64,000 bases of DNA from Acidobacteriota bacterium (GTDB lineage: Bacteria > Acidobacteriota > Vicinamibacteria > Vicinamibacterales > UBA2999). The stretch's first letter is position 1. The number at the start of each line of letters is the position of its first letter. The stretch lies in NCBI GenBank assembly GCA_046727855.1, contig JBKPDL010000036.1, positions 65 through 64,064 of the forward strand. The letters run 5' to 3'. The notes under the pieces were generated by a model that did no database searches, was not told the origin of the DNA, and saw nothing but the letters and a program-made list of their open reading frames with translations. Below, piece after piece: positions 1 to 10,731 of the stretch. The translations under genes and the position numbers were made by a program.

Positions 1-197
1 TCCTGAATCGGCGGAAACGTCTCGAGCCAGGCACGGATGGCGGCACGCCCGCGGATCGGAGCCCGATGCGGCGGGAACCGTATCGCATCGGCAGTGAACA
101 TCCGCGTCACCGCATCCCAGTTGGCGCGCCGCACGGCGGCGGCATCTTGCTCGATGGCACGGCGAATTGCCGCAATGTCAGTTTCACTCAACGCCAT
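1..197 (-). CDS. SnoaL-like/DUF4440 (NTF2-fold) protein, N-terminal part; gene runs off the left edge
   Basis: Not in ORF track (no stop in window). Own minus-strand translation from ATG 195-197: MALSETDIAAIRRAIEQDAAAVRRANWDAVTRMFTADAIRFPPHRAPIRGRAAIRAWLETFPPIQ. This is a typical DUF4440/SnoaL N-terminus. GGAGGAT lies 7 nt upstream (205-211). Confidence 0.6.
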   Translation of the reverse strand, partial: MALSETDIAAIRRAIEQDAAAVRRANWDAVTRMFTADAIRFPPHRAPIRGRAAIRAWLETFPPIQ

Positions 198-214
198 GGC
201 GCGAATCCTCCGGC

Positions 215-480
215 TCGATCCGGTCCGTCAACGGCGCGGCAAGCGGTGGTTGCTGTTGCGACGCTGGAAGACGGTCCGCGCCTCGAAGCGCGCGGAGCTC
301 CAGACGCTGTTCGCGGCCAATCGCCGCGTTTTCAAAGCGTACGTGCTGCGGGAACAACTCGATCGGCTTTGGACCTATAAGACCGGTGCCACCCCGACGC
401 CATCAGCTCGTGCCAGCTGCTATTCAACGACTTGCGGGGACCGGCGCTACCGTCGTACTCGGTTTGTGCAGCTCGCCTAG
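215..480 (+). pseudogene. ISL3-family transposase remnant (internal fragment, truncated at both ends, frame lost after ~387)
   Basis: ORF 37..480 contains KRWLLLRRWKTVRASKRAELQTLFAANRRVFKAYVLREQLDRLWTYKTG (core 241-387). This matches the conserved RWxLLK...L..L...N..L..AY.LKE.L..LW.Y block of ISL3 transposases. No DDE core, no proper start, no inverted repeats seen. Confidence 0.6.
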
Positions 481-575
481 CCTCGTCCGATCGTAAGAAC
501 TGCTTACGGCAAAAATCGTTTGCCGCGCTTGATCTTCGCGTTTTCGCGTTTCGTTTCAGCCTTTATCGTTCGTCG

Positions 576-592
576 TTCTTCGTTCTTCGTTC
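576..592 (-). repeat. GAACGAAGAACGAAGAA 17-mer (sense on minus strand), copy 1 of 3
   Basis: Plus strand reads TTCTTCGTTCTTCGTTC. The identical 17-mer occurs at 18588-18604 and its reverse complement at 56920-56936. It starts 7 nt after the TGA (600-602) of the upstream minus-strand gene and sits in a TTCG-rich AT-rich tract (541-599). Confidence 0.9.
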
Positions 593-599
593 CTCGTCC

Positions 600-2213
<1,614 letters not shown>

Positions 2214-2396
2214 AACCCTCCCGACCCCTTCATTAGGCTTAGACGCCGCGGCCGCGCAAAGGTGCCAACCCGCCGGCATCGCGACCATCTGTTGGCGCGA
2301 TCACGTTGGCACCTGCCGTTGCCTCTCGCCGAACGTTCGCGCGTAAGTCCTCACTTCCTTTCGCCTTACCAGATGTTGTCCGACGTGAAATAGCGA

Positions 2397-2412
2397 CGGC
2401 ACGCCCATCGCT
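2397..2412 (+). promoter_or_regulatory. candidate sigma-54 (-24/-12) promoter for the STAS-like/RND efflux operon
   Basis: CGGCACGCCCATCGCT has GG (2398-2399) and GC (2410-2411) separated by the canonical 10 nt, the same GGCAC-N5-TCGCT layout as E. coli glnAp2. The predicted start lies ~15-20 nt before ATG 2439 and precedes the GGAG RBS. The cognate-type activator is encoded divergently. Confidence 0.5.
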
Positions 2413-2438
2413 AGTGGTTGACGCGGGCGAGGAGTGAC

Positions 2439-2720
2439 ATGTTCCGCATCACCTCACACATAGACCATGACCTGGTGGTGAAAGTCGAGGGCTGCCTTGC
2501 CGGCCCGTGTGTCCCCGCGCTCAATGCGTGTTGGCACGAAGCCACCCTCGCCGGTCTGGGGCTGCGCGTCGACCTGACGGAGGTTTGCCATGTCGATCAT
2601 GACGGCCGCGTGCTGATGGCCCGCATGCACCACGCGGGTGCGCGCTTTGTCGCGCGCGGATGCGCCATGCGGGAACTGGTGAGAGAAATTGGCGAACCAG
2701 CCGATCAGGAGAGGAGTTGA
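2439..2720 (+). CDS. small STAS-domain-like protein (anti-sigma-factor-antagonist fold), function unknown
   Basis: ORF 2418..2720. ATG 2439 is preceded by GAGGAG. MFRITSHIDHDLVVKVEGCLAGPCVPALNACW...RVDLTEVCHVDHDGRVLMARM follows the STAS pattern (beta-strand, then 'DL..V..iD..G'). Confidence 0.45.
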   Translation: MFRITSHIDHDLVVKVEGCLAGPCVPALNACWHEATLAGLGLRVDLTEVCHVDHDGRVLMARMHHAGARFVARGCAMRELVREIGEPADQERS

Positions 2721-2844
2721 ACGTGTTCAGGGTTTGTGCTTCGCAGCTGCCTCGGGCGCTTTCGTCTAGGCAATGTCCGGTGACCGCATCCTCGAACGTC
2801 CTATGTCTGGAGCATTCGGAGAATAGGGTGCAGGGAGCACACAC

Positions 2845-4305
2845 ATGAGCCAGTTCATTTACCTCTATCGAATGGCTGACGCGGCGCGACAGCAAGCGCA
2901 TGCTGCAGTTGTCGTGCTCGGCGCCATTCTGCTCGCGTCGTGCACGCTTGGGCCGAACTACCAGCGTCCCACCGTCGGAACGCCTGCCACATTTCGCGGC
3001 GGCGAAACTGCGATCTCCGCGGATCAGGCGGCATCGCTCGCCGACGTCAAGTGGTTCGACCTGTTCCGCGACGACACGCTTACACAGCTCGTCAACACAG
3101 CGCTGAAGCAGAACTTCGAGCTGCGGATTGCGGCCGAGCGAGTGCTGCAGGCACGCGCGCTGTTTCGGATCACCCGCGCGGATCAGTTTCCAACTGTTAC
3201 GGGTTCGATTGATGGCACGGCGACGCGCCTGCCCGAGGTCGGCGGGAGCGGCACGAGTCCGTCCGGTGCCGACAGGGATTTCAGTTATGTCCAGGCCGGA
3301 TTCAACCTTGGCTGGGAGCTCGACGTCTGGGGACGCGTTCGCCGCCTCAAGGAGTCGGCGCGTGCGCAGTATCTCGCCACCGAGGATGCACAGCGCGGCG
3401 TCATCACCACGCTCGTTGCCGATGTCACACAGACGTATCTCGCGCTGCGTGCGCTCGATTTCGAGCTCGAGATCGCGCAGCGCACGCGCGATGTCGCCAC
3501 CGACAGCGTGCGGCTCACCGAGACGCGGCGTGCGAGCGGCGTAGCGAGCGGACTTGATGTGCGCCAGGCGGAGCAGCTGCTCTACGCTGCGACCGGACAA
3601 ATCGCGAGCGTGGAACGCGAAATCGCACAAACCGAAAATGCACTGAGCCTCTTGCTCGGACTCGTGCCGGGCGACGTGACGCGCGGCCGCGAGCTGGAAT
3701 CCTTCGCCGCGCCGCCCACGGTGCCCGCAGGGCTTCCTTCGGCGCTTCTCGAACGGCGGCCCGACATCCGTCAGGCGGAGCAGCAGCTCGTCGCCGCCAA
3801 CGCGCAAATCGGCGCTGCCAAAGCCGATTACTTCCCGCGCATCACGCTCACTGGTTTCTTCGGCGTGCAGAGCCGCGCGCTCTCGAACCTGCTCACCGGA
3901 CCGGCGAGTTTCCTGACCGCAACCCTCGGCGCCGCTGCCCCGCTGCTCAACCTGGAGCGCGTTCGCGGCAACGTACAGTTGGTCGAATCGCTCCACCGTG
4001 AAGCGGTGGTGAATTACGAGCGGGCTGTTTACAGCGCCTTTCGCGAGGTGTCCGACGCCCTTGCGGGCTACACGAAAACGCGCGAACAGCGCACCGAAGA
4101 GGAACGGCTCGTGGGGGCGCTACGCGAATCGACGCGGCTTGCCACCGAGCGCTACCAGGGTGGATTGGACAGCTATCTGGTCGTGCTCGATGCGCAGCGC
4201 AGTTTGTTCGTCCGCGAGACCGAACTGGCGCGCATTCGGCAGAGAGAGCTGGCCGCGATCGTCGAGCTCTATCGCGCGCTCGGGGGCGGATGGTCGACGA
4301 CATGA
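2845..4305 (+). CDS. RND efflux outer-membrane factor lipoprotein (NodT/OprM family)
   Basis: 486 aa. Lipobox LLASC followed by TLGPNYQRP, the hallmark N-terminus of NodT-family OMFs. Two-repeat alpha/beta OMF layout, C-terminal LYRALGGGW. Confidence 0.9.
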   Translation: MSQFIYLYRMADAARQQAHAAVVVLGAILLASCTLGPNYQRPTVGTPATFRGGETAISADQAASLADVKWFDLFRDDTLTQLVNTALKQNFELRIAAERVLQARALFRITRADQFPTVTGSIDGTATRLPEVGGSGTSPSGADRDFSYVQAGFNLGWELDVWGRVRRLKESARAQYLATEDAQRGVITTLVADVTQTYLALRALDFELEIAQRTRDVATDSVRLTETRRASGVASGLDVRQAEQLLYAATGQIASVEREIAQTENALSLLLGLVPGDVTRGRELESFAAPPTVPAGLPSALLERRPDIRQAEQQLVAANAQIGAAKADYFPRITLTGFFGVQSRALSNLLTGPASFLTATLGAAAPLLNLERVRGNVQLVESLHREAVVNYERAVYSAFREVSDALAGYTKTREQRTEEERLVGALRESTRLATERYQGGLDSYLVVLDAQRSLFVRETELARIRQRELAAIVELYRALGGGWSTT

Positions 4306-4326
4306 CATCGAAGACGGAGGACGCAC

Positions 4327-5454
4327 GTGGCTAAGCGAATGATTCTGATGTTGACGGCGATGGCTGCCTTGATCGCCGTTCTCGGCTTTGTGAAGGTCAG
4401 GCAGTTTCAAGCAATGGCGCAGCAGTTTGCCGCCATGCAGCCTCCGCCTGAGGCCGTTACGACCATTGTGACAGCGCGCGAAGAGTGGCCGGCGACGATC
4501 AGCGCCATCGGCACCGTTGCACCTGTACAGGGTGTGACGGTCAGCGCCGATTTGCCCGGCATTGTCGAGCGCATTGCGTTCGATTCCGGCCGCAGTGTCG
4601 CGCAGGGCGACGTGCTCGTGGAGTTGGACACGCGGCAGGAACGCGCGCAGCTCACGGCGGCCGAAGCGCAGCTCGAGCTCACGCGTCTCAACTTCGAACG
4701 GATGGAGCGGCTGGTCGCAGAGGATGCGGTGTCGCGCGCCGAGTACGACAGCGCCGCGGCTGCGCACCGGCAAGCCGACGCGCGAATTCACGAAATCCGC
4801 GCGACCATCGAGCGCAAGACGATCCGCGCGCCGTTTTCCGGAATTCTCGGCATTCGCCAGGTCAATCTCGGTCAGTACCTGACGGGAGGTGATCCGGTAG
4901 TGCCGCTGCAATCGCTCAATCCGATCTACGTCAACTTCGGTGTGCCGCAGCAGGATATGGCACAAATCCGTCTGGGCCGAAGCGTCCGCATCACGGCCAA
5001 CAATCTCGACGCGACTGAGTTTACCGGCCGTGTCAGCGCCATCGATTCGGTTGCCGACGCCGCCACCCGAAACGTGCAGGTTCAGGCCACGCTCGCAAAC
5101 ACCGGCGCGAAATTGAGACCGGGCATGTTCGTGCAGGCGCAGGTCATGCTCGGCGCCACGCACTCGGTCATCGCGCTGCCGGCATCGGCCATCAATTACG
5201 CGCCCTATGGCGACTCGGTGTTCGTGGTTGCCGATCTGAAGAACGAACAGGGGCAAACGTACCGCGGCGTGCGTCAGCAGGTGGTGAAGCTGGGTGCCAC
5301 GCGCGGCGATCAAATCGCGGTGGTCTCGGGTCTCAACCCGGGCGAGGAGGTCGTCACCTCCGGCGTGTTCAAGCTCCGCAACGGCGCCGCCGTGCAGATC
5401 AACAACTCCGTGCAGCCGGCCAACAGCCGCGCACCGAAACCGGAGGACAGCTAA
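4327..5454 (+). CDS. RND efflux periplasmic adaptor (membrane fusion protein, HlyD/AcrA family)
   Basis: 375 aa. N-terminal TM anchor, coiled-coil hairpin (LTAAEAQLELTRLNFERMERL), IRAPFSGILG lipoyl motif. TAATG overlap with the downstream pump gene. Confidence 0.9.
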   Translation: MAKRMILMLTAMAALIAVLGFVKVRQFQAMAQQFAAMQPPPEAVTTIVTAREEWPATISAIGTVAPVQGVTVSADLPGIVERIAFDSGRSVAQGDVLVELDTRQERAQLTAAEAQLELTRLNFERMERLVAEDAVSRAEYDSAAAAHRQADARIHEIRATIERKTIRAPFSGILGIRQVNLGQYLTGGDPVVPLQSLNPIYVNFGVPQQDMAQIRLGRSVRITANNLDATEFTGRVSAIDSVADAATRNVQVQATLANTGAKLRPGMFVQAQVMLGATHSVIALPASAINYAPYGDSVFVVADLKNEQGQTYRGVRQQVVKLGATRGDQIAVVSGLNPGEEVVTSGVFKLRNGAAVQINNSVQPANSRAPKPEDS

Positions 5455-8400
5455 TGAAGTTCACCGACCTGTTCGTCAAGCGCCCGGTGCTGGCGCTCGT
5501 CGTCAACCTGGTGATCCTCATCGCCGGCCTGCAGTCGATTCGCGCTTTGAGCGTGCGGCAGTATCCGCGCAGTGATATCGCGGTGATTCGCGTGGCAACA
5601 GTGTACGTCGGCGCCAACGCCGACCTCGTGCGAGGTTTCATCACCACGCCGCTGGAACGCGTCATCGCAAGCGCCGACGGCATCGACTACATGGAGTCGT
5701 CCAGCGCGCAGTCGCTGAGCACTATCACCGTGCATTTGAAGCTGAATTACGACACCAATGCCGCTTTGACGCAGATCCAGGCGAAGGTGGCACAGGTGCG
5801 CAACAATCTGCCGCCGGAAGCCGAGGCGCCCACGATCGAGCTCGAGACGGCGGATACCGAGTTTGCGGCGATGTACATCGGGTTCTCGTCGAGCGACCTC
5901 GATCAGAACCAGATCACCGATTACCTGACGCGGGTCGTGCAGCCGAAGCTGAGCGCCGTCAGCGGCGTGCAACGTGCCGACATCCTCGGCGACCGCACGT
6001 TCGCGATGCGAGTTTGGCTGAAGTCGGATCAAATGGCCGCGCACGGCATCTCCGCGACGGCGGTGCGCGAGGCGCTCGCGCGCAACAACTATCTGGCGGC
6101 GCTCGGCAAGACGAAGGGATCGATGGTGTCGGTAAACCTCGTCGCCAACACCGATCTCCGCACCCCGGAGGAATTCCGCCAGCTCGTCGTCAAGGAATCC
6201 AACGGCGTCGTCGTCCGGCTCGGCGAAATCGCCGATATCGTCCTCGGCGCTGAGAACTACGACCAGGAAGTGCGGTTCAATGGACAAACCGCGACGTTCA
6301 TGGGCGTCTGGGTGCTGCCGACCGCAAACACGCTCGACGTGATCCACAGAGTTCGCGCCGAGCTGCCTGCGATCGAGTCACAGCTGCCCACCGGTATGAC
6401 GGTCGGCATTCCATACGATTCGACCGAATACATCCAGGATGCGATCGACGAAGTGCTCACCACGCTGAGCGAGACGTTGTTGATTGTGATCGTGGTGATC
6501 TTCCTGTTCCTGGGATCGGTGCGGGCGCTGATCATCCCGGTGGTCGCGATTCCGATCTCGCTGGTCGGGGCGGTTTTTCTGATGCTGGTCGCGGGATTCA
6601 CGATCAATCTGCTGACGCTGCTCGCGATCGTGCTCGCCGTCGGCCTCGTCGTCGACGATGCCATCGTGATGGTCGAGAACGTCGAACGGCATCTGCATGC
6701 CGGCAAGCAGCCGTTCCGGGCCGCGGTCGACGCAGCTCGCGAGCTGGTTGGCCCGATTATCGCGATGACCATCACGCTCGCCGCGGTGTACGCGCCCGTC
6801 GGCATTCAGGGCGGCCTCACGGGTGCGCTCTTTCGTGAGTTCGCATTCACACTCTCGTCGGCGGTCATCGTCTCGGGTGTCGTGGCGTTGACGCTCTCGC
6901 CGATGATGGGATCGCGGCTGCTGCGTGCCGGAGGTTCGGAGCGAGGCTTCGCAGGTTGGATCAATCGTCGATTCGAGAGCCTCAGGAGCGGCTACTCGCG
7001 ATCGCTCTCGTGGACGCTCGCCTACCGCCCCGTTGTGCTGGTGCTCTGGGCGATCGTGGCGCTGTTGGCGGTGCCGTTTTACTTGTTCTCGCAGCGCGAG
7101 CTCGCGCCGGATGAGGATCAGGGCGTGGTGTTCGGCGTGGTGCAGGCCGCGGGCAATGCCACGGTCGATCAGACCCGGCTCTTCACACAGCAGATTCACG
7201 ACGTGTATCGCGCGTTTCCCGAGAGCGCCAGCATCTTCCAGATCACGTTTCCCAGCAGTGGCTTTGGCGGCATGGTCACCAAACGCTGGAGCGAGCGCAG
7301 CAAGACCACTCAGGAATTGCTGATGGAATCGCGCCTTCCGCTGTCACAGATTCCTGGCGTGCGAGTGATTCCGCTCACGCCACCGTCCCTCCCGGGCGGA
7401 GGGGATTTCCCCGTCGATCTCGTGATTGCGTCGGCGGCCGAGCCGGAGCAGCTCAGCAACTTCGCCAAACAGCTGGTTGAGAAGGCGTTTGCGAGCGGCA
7501 TGTTCATGTTTGCCGACGCGGATCTGAAGTTCGATCAGCCGCAGGTGGAAGTCGTGTTCGATCGCGACAAGCTGCGCTCGCAGGGCGTCGATCTGAGCCA
7601 GGCCGGTCAGGACCTTGCCGTGCTGTTCGGGGGCAATTACGTCAACCGCTTCAGCATTCAGGGGCGCAGCTACAAGGTGATTCCGCAGATCAAGCGGAGC
7701 GAGCGCCTCACGCCGGATCAGCTGTCGGACATCTACGTTCGCGGTTCGGCGGATCGGCTCGTGCCGCTGTCGACCTTTGCCACGCTGCGAACCACGACGC
7801 AGCCGCGCGAGCTGAAGAAGTTCCAACAGCTCAACGCCGTGCGGGTTCAGGGCGTGATTCCGCCGCCCGTGCCGCTCGACCAGGCCCTTGGCTTTCTTGA
7901 AAACGAAGCACGCAGCATTCTGCCGCAGGGCTTCACGATCGACTACGCCGGTGAGTCGCGGCAGCTGCGCACCGAAGGCAGCAAGTTCCTCGGCGTGTTC
8001 CTGTTGTCGGCCATCCTGATCTATCTGGTCCTGGCGGCGCAGTTCGAGAGTTTTCGCGATCCGTTCATCATCCTCGCGGGCTCCGTCCCGCTGGCGATTT
8101 CCGGAGCGCTGATGTTCTCGTTCCTCGGCCTGACGACGCTCAACATCTACAGCCAGGTCGGACTCATCACGCTCGTGGGTCTGGTCGCGAAAAACGGCAT
8201 CTTGATCGTGCAGTTCGCCAATCATCTGCAGGAAACAGGCACCGACAAACTGCGCGCGGTGATCGACGCGTCGACTATCCGTCTGCGTCCGATTCTCATG
8301 ACCACGGCTGCGACGGTGGTTGGACACACACCGCTGATTCTGGCGACCGGTCCCGGCGCCGGCGCACGCAACAGCATCGGCATCATGCTGGTCAGCGGAA

Positions 8401-8561
8401 TGATCATCGGCACGTTCTTCACGCTGTTCGTCGTGCCGTCCATCTACATGCTGGTCGCGCGCAAGCATGCCGTCATTACGCAAGGAGAGCAACATGACAG
8501 CGAACTCGGAACGGACGTTCCTTCCCGCGGCGGGACACGACTACTTCCTGCCGGTGTATGA
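5454..8561 (+). CDS. RND efflux permease (AcrB/MexB-type, hydrophobe/amphiphile efflux-1)
   Basis: 1035 aa. MKFTDLFVKRPVLALVVNL N-terminus, 12-TM architecture with two large periplasmic loops, conserved VGLVVDDAIVMVEN motif. Confidence 0.95.
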   Translation: MKFTDLFVKRPVLALVVNLVILIAGLQSIRALSVRQYPRSDIAVIRVATVYVGANADLVRGFITTPLERVIASADGIDYMESSSAQSLSTITVHLKLNYDTNAALTQIQAKVAQVRNNLPPEAEAPTIELETADTEFAAMYIGFSSSDLDQNQITDYLTRVVQPKLSAVSGVQRADILGDRTFAMRVWLKSDQMAAHGISATAVREALARNNYLAALGKTKGSMVSVNLVANTDLRTPEEFRQLVVKESNGVVVRLGEIADIVLGAENYDQEVRFNGQTATFMGVWVLPTANTLDVIHRVRAELPAIESQLPTGMTVGIPYDSTEYIQDAIDEVLTTLSETLLIVIVVIFLFLGSVRALIIPVVAIPISLVGAVFLMLVAGFTINLLTLLAIVLAVGLVVDDAIVMVENVERHLHAGKQPFRAAVDAARELVGPIIAMTITLAAVYAPVGIQGGLTGALFREFAFTLSSAVIVSGVVALTLSPMMGSRLLRAGGSERGFAGWINRRFESLRSGYSRSLSWTLAYRPVVLVLWAIVALLAVPFYLFSQRELAPDEDQGVVFGVVQAAGNATVDQTRLFTQQIHDVYRAFPESASIFQITFPSSGFGGMVTKRWSERSKTTQELLMESRLPLSQIPGVRVIPLTPPSLPGGGDFPVDLVIASAAEPEQLSNFAKQLVEKAFASGMFMFADADLKFDQPQVEVVFDRDKLRSQGVDLSQAGQDLAVLFGGNYVNRFSIQGRSYKVIPQIKRSERLTPDQLSDIYVRGSADRLVPLSTFATLRTTTQPRELKKFQQLNAVRVQGVIPPPVPLDQALGFLENEARSILPQGFTIDYAGESRQLRTEGSKFLGVFLLSAILIYLVLAAQFESFRDPFIILAGSVPLAISGALMFSFLGLTTLNIYSQVGLITLVGLVAKNGILIVQFANHLQETGTDKLRAVIDASTIRLRPILMTTAATVVGHTPLILATGPGAGARNSIGIMLVSGMIIGTFFTLFVVPSIYMLVARKHAVITQGEQHDSELGTDVPSRGGTRLLPAGV

Positions 8562-9111
8562 CCCACTCACATCGATCCTCGGTGTGAACAGGGCGCGCAG
8601 GGCGTTGCTCGATCAAGCCGGCTTGCGCGCCTATCACCGCGTGCTCGACGTCGGCTGCGGCACCGGTACCCTCGCGATCGCGATCAAGCGGGATTATCCG
8701 AGCGTGGACGTGATCGCGCTCGATCCCGACTCGAAGGCGCTCGCGCGCGCCGAACGCAAGGCGTTTCGCGCGGGAGTATCGGTACGCTTCGATCAGGGAT
8801 TTGCCGACGGGCTCGCGTATCGCGAGGCGACGTTCGATCGCGTGTTCTCATCCTTGATGTTTCATCATCTCGAGCACGACGACAAGGAAAAGGCACTGAG
8901 CGAGATCCGGCGCGTGCTCAAACCGGGAGGCCGGCTCGAATTTCTCGATTTCGACGGCAGCAACGTGAATCGGCGACTGAAAGACAACGCCGCGCAGCAA
9001 ATCCTGAAGTTGATGGAGCGCGCGGGTTTGGTGAACGCGACCAGGACCGGACACAAGACGTTGCTCGTCGGACGGCTCGCGTTTTATCAGGCGTCTGCTC
9101 CCGCGCGGTAG
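8494..9111 (+). CDS. class I SAM-dependent methyltransferase
   Basis: ORF 8467..9111. ATG 8494 is preceded by AAGGAGAG. Motif I VLDVGCGTGTL, then LKPGGRLEFLDF. Overlaps the non-conserved tail of the RND gene by ~68 nt in another frame. Confidence 0.8.
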   Translation: MTANSERTFLPAAGHDYFLPVYDPLTSILGVNRARRALLDQAGLRAYHRVLDVGCGTGTLAIAIKRDYPSVDVIALDPDSKALARAERKAFRAGVSVRFDQGFADGLAYREATFDRVFSSLMFHHLEHDDKEKALSEIRRVLKPGGRLEFLDFDGSNVNRRLKDNAAQQILKLMERAGLVNATRTGHKTLLVGRLAFYQASAPAR

Positions 9112-9117
9112 CGCTTC

Positions 9118-9219
9118 GGTTGCAGGTTTCAGGTTCCCGCCCCTCGCTACCTCATTTTGCCTCGCTGCCTGTTCCCTACCACTTCACACCGCCCGAGACG
9201 TGACCTGAAACCTGCAACC
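9118..9219. repeat. 17-bp perfect inverted repeat (GGTTGCAGGTTTCAGGT / ACCTGAAACCTGCAACC) with 68-nt spacer between convergent genes
   Basis: Arms at 9118-9134 and 9203-9219, read directly. Lies between the methyltransferase stop (9111) and the MFS stop (9355). Possible bidirectional terminator or REP-like element. Confidence 0.7.
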
Positions 9220-9354
9220 TGACTTCACCGCGGACGTCTGCGCGCACCGCGTTCCGCCGCTCGAGGAGGCAGCTATGGCCGCTGATGCAGACGAAAGTGA
9301 CAAACGATAGTCGTGAGCCGATGGCCGAAAGGCGATCGCCGAGAGCTCTCCCGA

Positions 9355-10731
9355 TCACGCGATCTTTGCCGGCTCCAGCCGCGGCAACAGCAAGTGCACG
9401 ATCAGGAGCGCAATGAGGTATGTGGATCCGGCAATGATGAACACGGGAACGTAACTGCCCGTCCACTGCAGCAGCGCGCCCGTGAGTTTCGCGATCAGCA
9501 TGCCGCCGACCGCGCCCATCATGCCGCCGAAGCCAACGACAGAACCGACCGCCTGACGCGGGAAGGTATCTGATGCGAGCGTGAAGAGATTGCACGACCA
9601 CGCCTGATGCGCCGATGCGGCGAGGCTGATCAACGCGACGGCCCCCCACAGGCTGCTCACATTCGCCGCAATCATCATCGGCACCACCGCCAACGCCGAC
9701 ACAAGCATCGCGGTCTTACGCGCGGCGTTCACCGTCCAGCCGCGTTTGATCAGTGCCGACGACAGCCACCCGCCGCCGATGCTGCCGCCGTCGGCGACCA
9801 GGTAGATCGTCATGAGGGGCAACCCCACGCTCGACAAGTTGACGCCGTGATTGCGATTGAGGAAATCGGGGACCCAAAACAGATACAGCCACCAGATTGG
9901 GTCGGTCATGAACTTGGCGATCGCAAACGCCCACGTTTGCCGCAGCGGCAGCAGCTGCATCCACGGCACCCTGACCGACGGCTCGGGCGGATCGCTGCGA
10001 ATCAGCTCCATCTCCGTGCGGCTGACGCGAGGATGCCGTTCCGGCGCGTTGTAGAAGAGCAGCCATGCGGCGACCCACAAGAAGCCCAGGGCGCCGGTCA
10101 CGATGAACGCCCAGTACCACCCGAACTGCAACGTGACCCACGGCACCACGAGCGGCGTCACCACAGCACCGATGTTCGTGCCCGAATTGAAGATGCCCGT
10201 GGCCAGCGCGCGTTCGCGCTTGGGGAACCATTCCGCCACGGTTTTGATCGCGGCCGGAAAGTTTCCGGCTTCGCCGATTCCGAGAGCAAAGCGCGCGGCG
10301 ATGAAACCCGCTACGGAAGGCGCATACGCCACGCCCAGGAGCGCAAGAAGCGGCGCCGCAATCCCGCCCAGCGTCACCGCTTCGGCGTGCGCCATCGCGG
10401 CAACGCTCCAGATGATCACGGCGAGCGCAAAGCCCAGGCGTGTGCCAATGCGATCCATCAGCCTGCCGGCAAGCAGCAACCCGATCGCGTAGGCGAGCTG
10501 AAACGCAAAGACGATGTCCGCGTAATCGAGCTCGCTCCAGCCAAACTGCTGCTGCAGCGTCGGCTTGAGGATGCCGATCACCTGACGATCGATGTAGTTG
10601 ATGGTGGCGGCAAAGAAGAGCAACGCGCAGACCAGCCAGCGGATATAACCGGTGCGCGCGAGCTCGCGCGGCGCCACATGCGCCGCGACCCCTCCGATGA
10701 CCTGTCCGTTGGCGCGAACGTCGCTGCTCAT
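9355..10731 (-). CDS. MFS transporter, hexuronate (ExuT)-like
   Basis: 458 aa. YIRWLVCALLFFAATINYIDRQVIGILKP...FGWSELDYADIVFAFQLAYAIG is the ACS/ExuT-family N-terminal signature. 12 TM segments. Confidence 0.85.
   Translation of the reverse strand: MSSDVRANGQVIGGVAAHVAPRELARTGYIRWLVCALLFFAATINYIDRQVIGILKPTLQQQFGWSELDYADIVFAFQLAYAIGLLLAGRLMDRIGTRLGFALAVIIWSVAAMAHAEAVTLGGIAAPLLALLGVAYAPSVAGFIAARFALGIGEAGNFPAAIKTVAEWFPKRERALATGIFNSGTNIGAVVTPLVVPWVTLQFGWYWAFIVTGALGFLWVAAWLLFYNAPERHPRVSRTEMELIRSDPPEPSVRVPWMQLLPLRQTWAFAIAKFMTDPIWWLYLFWVPDFLNRNHGVNLSSVGLPLMTIYLVADGGSIGGGWLSSALIKRGWTVNAARKTAMLVSALAVVPMMIAANVSSLWGAVALISLAASAHQAWSCNLFTLASDTFPRQAVGSVVGFGGMMGAVGGMLIAKLTGALLQWTGSYVPVFIIAGSTYLIALLIVHLLLPRLEPAKIA

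Noticed and set aside
2306-2323. TTGGCACCTGCCGTTGCC as the sigma-54 promoter
   Set aside because: GG and GC are separated by 11 nt instead of the canonical 10. The downstream site at 2397-2412 has correct spacing, so this one is more likely part of the upstream activator-binding region. A similar 11-nt-spaced TGGCAG...AAGC at ~19407 was rejected for the same reason.
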